Origin: Asterias rubens
Lineage: Eukaryota
Assembly (NCBI RefSeq): GCF_902459465.1
Contig: NC_047064.1
Span: 16,058,001 to 16,122,000 of the forward strand
Reading direction: 5' to 3'
DNA: 64,000 bases
The notes below the pieces were generated by a model. That model was not told the DNA's origin and did no database searches. It saw nothing but the letters and a program-made list of their open reading frames with translations. This document shows, piece after piece, positions 62,339 through 64,000 of the stretch (the stretch's first letter is position 1; the number at the start of each line of letters is the position of its first letter). The translations under genes were made by a program, and so were the position numbers.

Positions 62339-62959
62339 GTAAGTATGCCGTCAGTATTTTCTTATTTTTAATTACAAAGTGTGAATAGACTGTTTTGTGT
62401 TCTGGGTGTATGTTATAATTGTTGTGTTCCAGCAGATAGTTGGTCACTGATTTTGGAACCAGGCCACAGCAGAATTGATTTTCAAACATTTCATAATAAA
62501 CTAACACAAACGACATTATTCCATTATATATTTTTTTCATTATCGAAAAACAAGTTCTGAAAATGGTTGCCATGTTTTGCTCATCAAAAAAGACATTAAG
62601 ACGCAACCTGGCAAATAGTTTTGCTAACTAAAAATAGCTGTGTATTTTTAAGCGTTAACAATTAATCCACATGTTCCAAGGAGAAGCAGTTGTTGCTGCA
62701 CTTTGCATTTCCATTCCGAATGCAATGCAGAATCATGATCTGTGCATAAAATGACAGGATGCTGGGAAGTCCAGTTTCCTCTCTCGGTCTGACATATCCA
62801 TTATTTGGTTCAGTTCTTGAATTGAAGGTAAACCATTTTGTCAACTTACATTATCATTGCCAGGGCAGACATGACAGATAAGATAAGTCTTGAAAATTGT
62901 TTTCCCTCCCCATTTACAAAATGTAACGTTACATCATCATAGGTTGGTTGTTGTTGATA

Positions 62960-63265
62960 ATTAACTTAGTTCCAATCTTCTAAGTTGCAATAGACACAAC
63001 TGCACCCAACCTGAAAAGCTTTTTAAATGCTTGATTTCGAGACCTCAAATTCTAAACTTGAGCTCTCGAATTCAAATTCGTGTAAAATTACTTCTTTTTC
63101 AAACAATACGTCACTTCAGAGGGAGCCGTTTCTCAAAATGTTTTTTTTTACTATCAACCTCTCCCCATTACTCGTTACCAAGTGAGGTTTTATGACAATA
63201 ATTATTTTGAGTAATTACCAAGGATAGTGTCCACTTCCTTTACGTAAGTGTCCACTACCTTTAAA
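62960..63265. mobile_element. TTAA MITE family A, partial, with duplicated right terminus
   Basis: Ends GTGTCCACTTCCTTTAC then GTGTCCACTACCTTTAA. Confidence 0.7.
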
Positions 63266-63747
63266 CTTAGGGCCTATACGTTTTGTTTTATTATTATAAC
63301 TTGGTTCCATAAACCTAAATTTTTACTTTTCACACATGCTCCAGTATTTCCTTTTTAGCCTCAGCTCAGCCAAACTTCCACACGAACCGAAATAACAGCC
63401 CAGATTGCCCTTTTCTGTCACAAATCACCGGCAAATATTCCCGGCTTTTTAAATTATTTCCCGGAAATTCCGTTTTAAATCCGGCCCTGATAAGAAAAAG
63501 AACATAAACATTTGCTTTACGTGAGTGTGTGTTTTGGCAAATGAACCATAGAGACTTCCTATTGCATTTAACATCACTTCATCAAACATTGAAGGCTGAT
63601 ACCCGTAAGTTGCAGTATAGCACATTGTACTATTTTGTAGCCATCCCATTTTCTTCCCATTTTAATGATGCTACCAAGGTGAAACCATGAAGCTATGGTT
63701 TAGACTGACAGTCAACACAATCTCTGGTGTTGCAAAACAGTTTTCAT

Positions 63748-64000
63748 AAAAGGCACTGGACACGTTCTGTAATTGCCAAAAAGACCAGTATTCTCACTTT
63801 GTGTAATAACAAACCTGAGAAAGTGTGGGCTCAGTTGGTCATCGAATATGCGAGAGAATAATGAAAGAAAAGACACCGTTGTTGCATTACTTTGTGTGCT
63901 TTTAGATGCATACTACTTCAGCTGAACTCTGAAGGAATTACCTCTTTCTCAAAAACTATACTTCAGAGGGAACAGTTTCTCTCACTGTTTTAACTATCAA
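63748..64000. mobile_element. TTAA MITE family A, cut by the window edge
   Basis: TAAAAGGCACTGGACAC left end plus body. Confidence 0.7.

Overview
AT-rich, intron-rich animal genomic DNA. It is probably an echinoderm such as a sea star; this is inferred from protein style and repeat landscape, not proven. I hand-spliced five multi-exon genes with GT-AG boundaries and consistent phases. (1) A divergent SV2/SVOP-like MFS transporter on the minus strand, 7 exons seen, running off the left edge. (2) An F-box/LRR protein (FBXL15-like) on the plus strand. (3) RPE on the minus strand, 7 exons, 229 aa. (4) DHX30 on the plus strand, 22 exons, about 1117 aa. (5) A secreted two-domain fasciclin (FAS1) protein on the minus strand. 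A probable signal-peptide first exon of a sixth gene lies at 62256. The main structural surprise is the FAS1 locus: two different, intact signal-peptide-plus-partial-FAS1 exons both end in phase 0 at the same point of the domain, yet only one set of downstream exons exists. This looks like a variable-first-exon, constant-3'-exon design. Introns and spacers are packed with non-autonomous elements: about 19 copies of one TTAA-flanked (Kolobok/T2-type) MITE, three further TTAA families, CWG-TSD Harbinger-type MITEs, 8-bp-TSD hAT MITEs, tRNA-derived SINEs, 3' fragments of RTE and L2/CR1 LINEs, Penelope-like remnants carrying decayed minimal hammerhead ribozymes, and a 1-kb foldback. Two Harbinger-type MITEs hit the same nucleotide of one SINE family independently. 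There is one assembly gap at 47956-48107. No database searches were run; many repeat boundaries are approximate.
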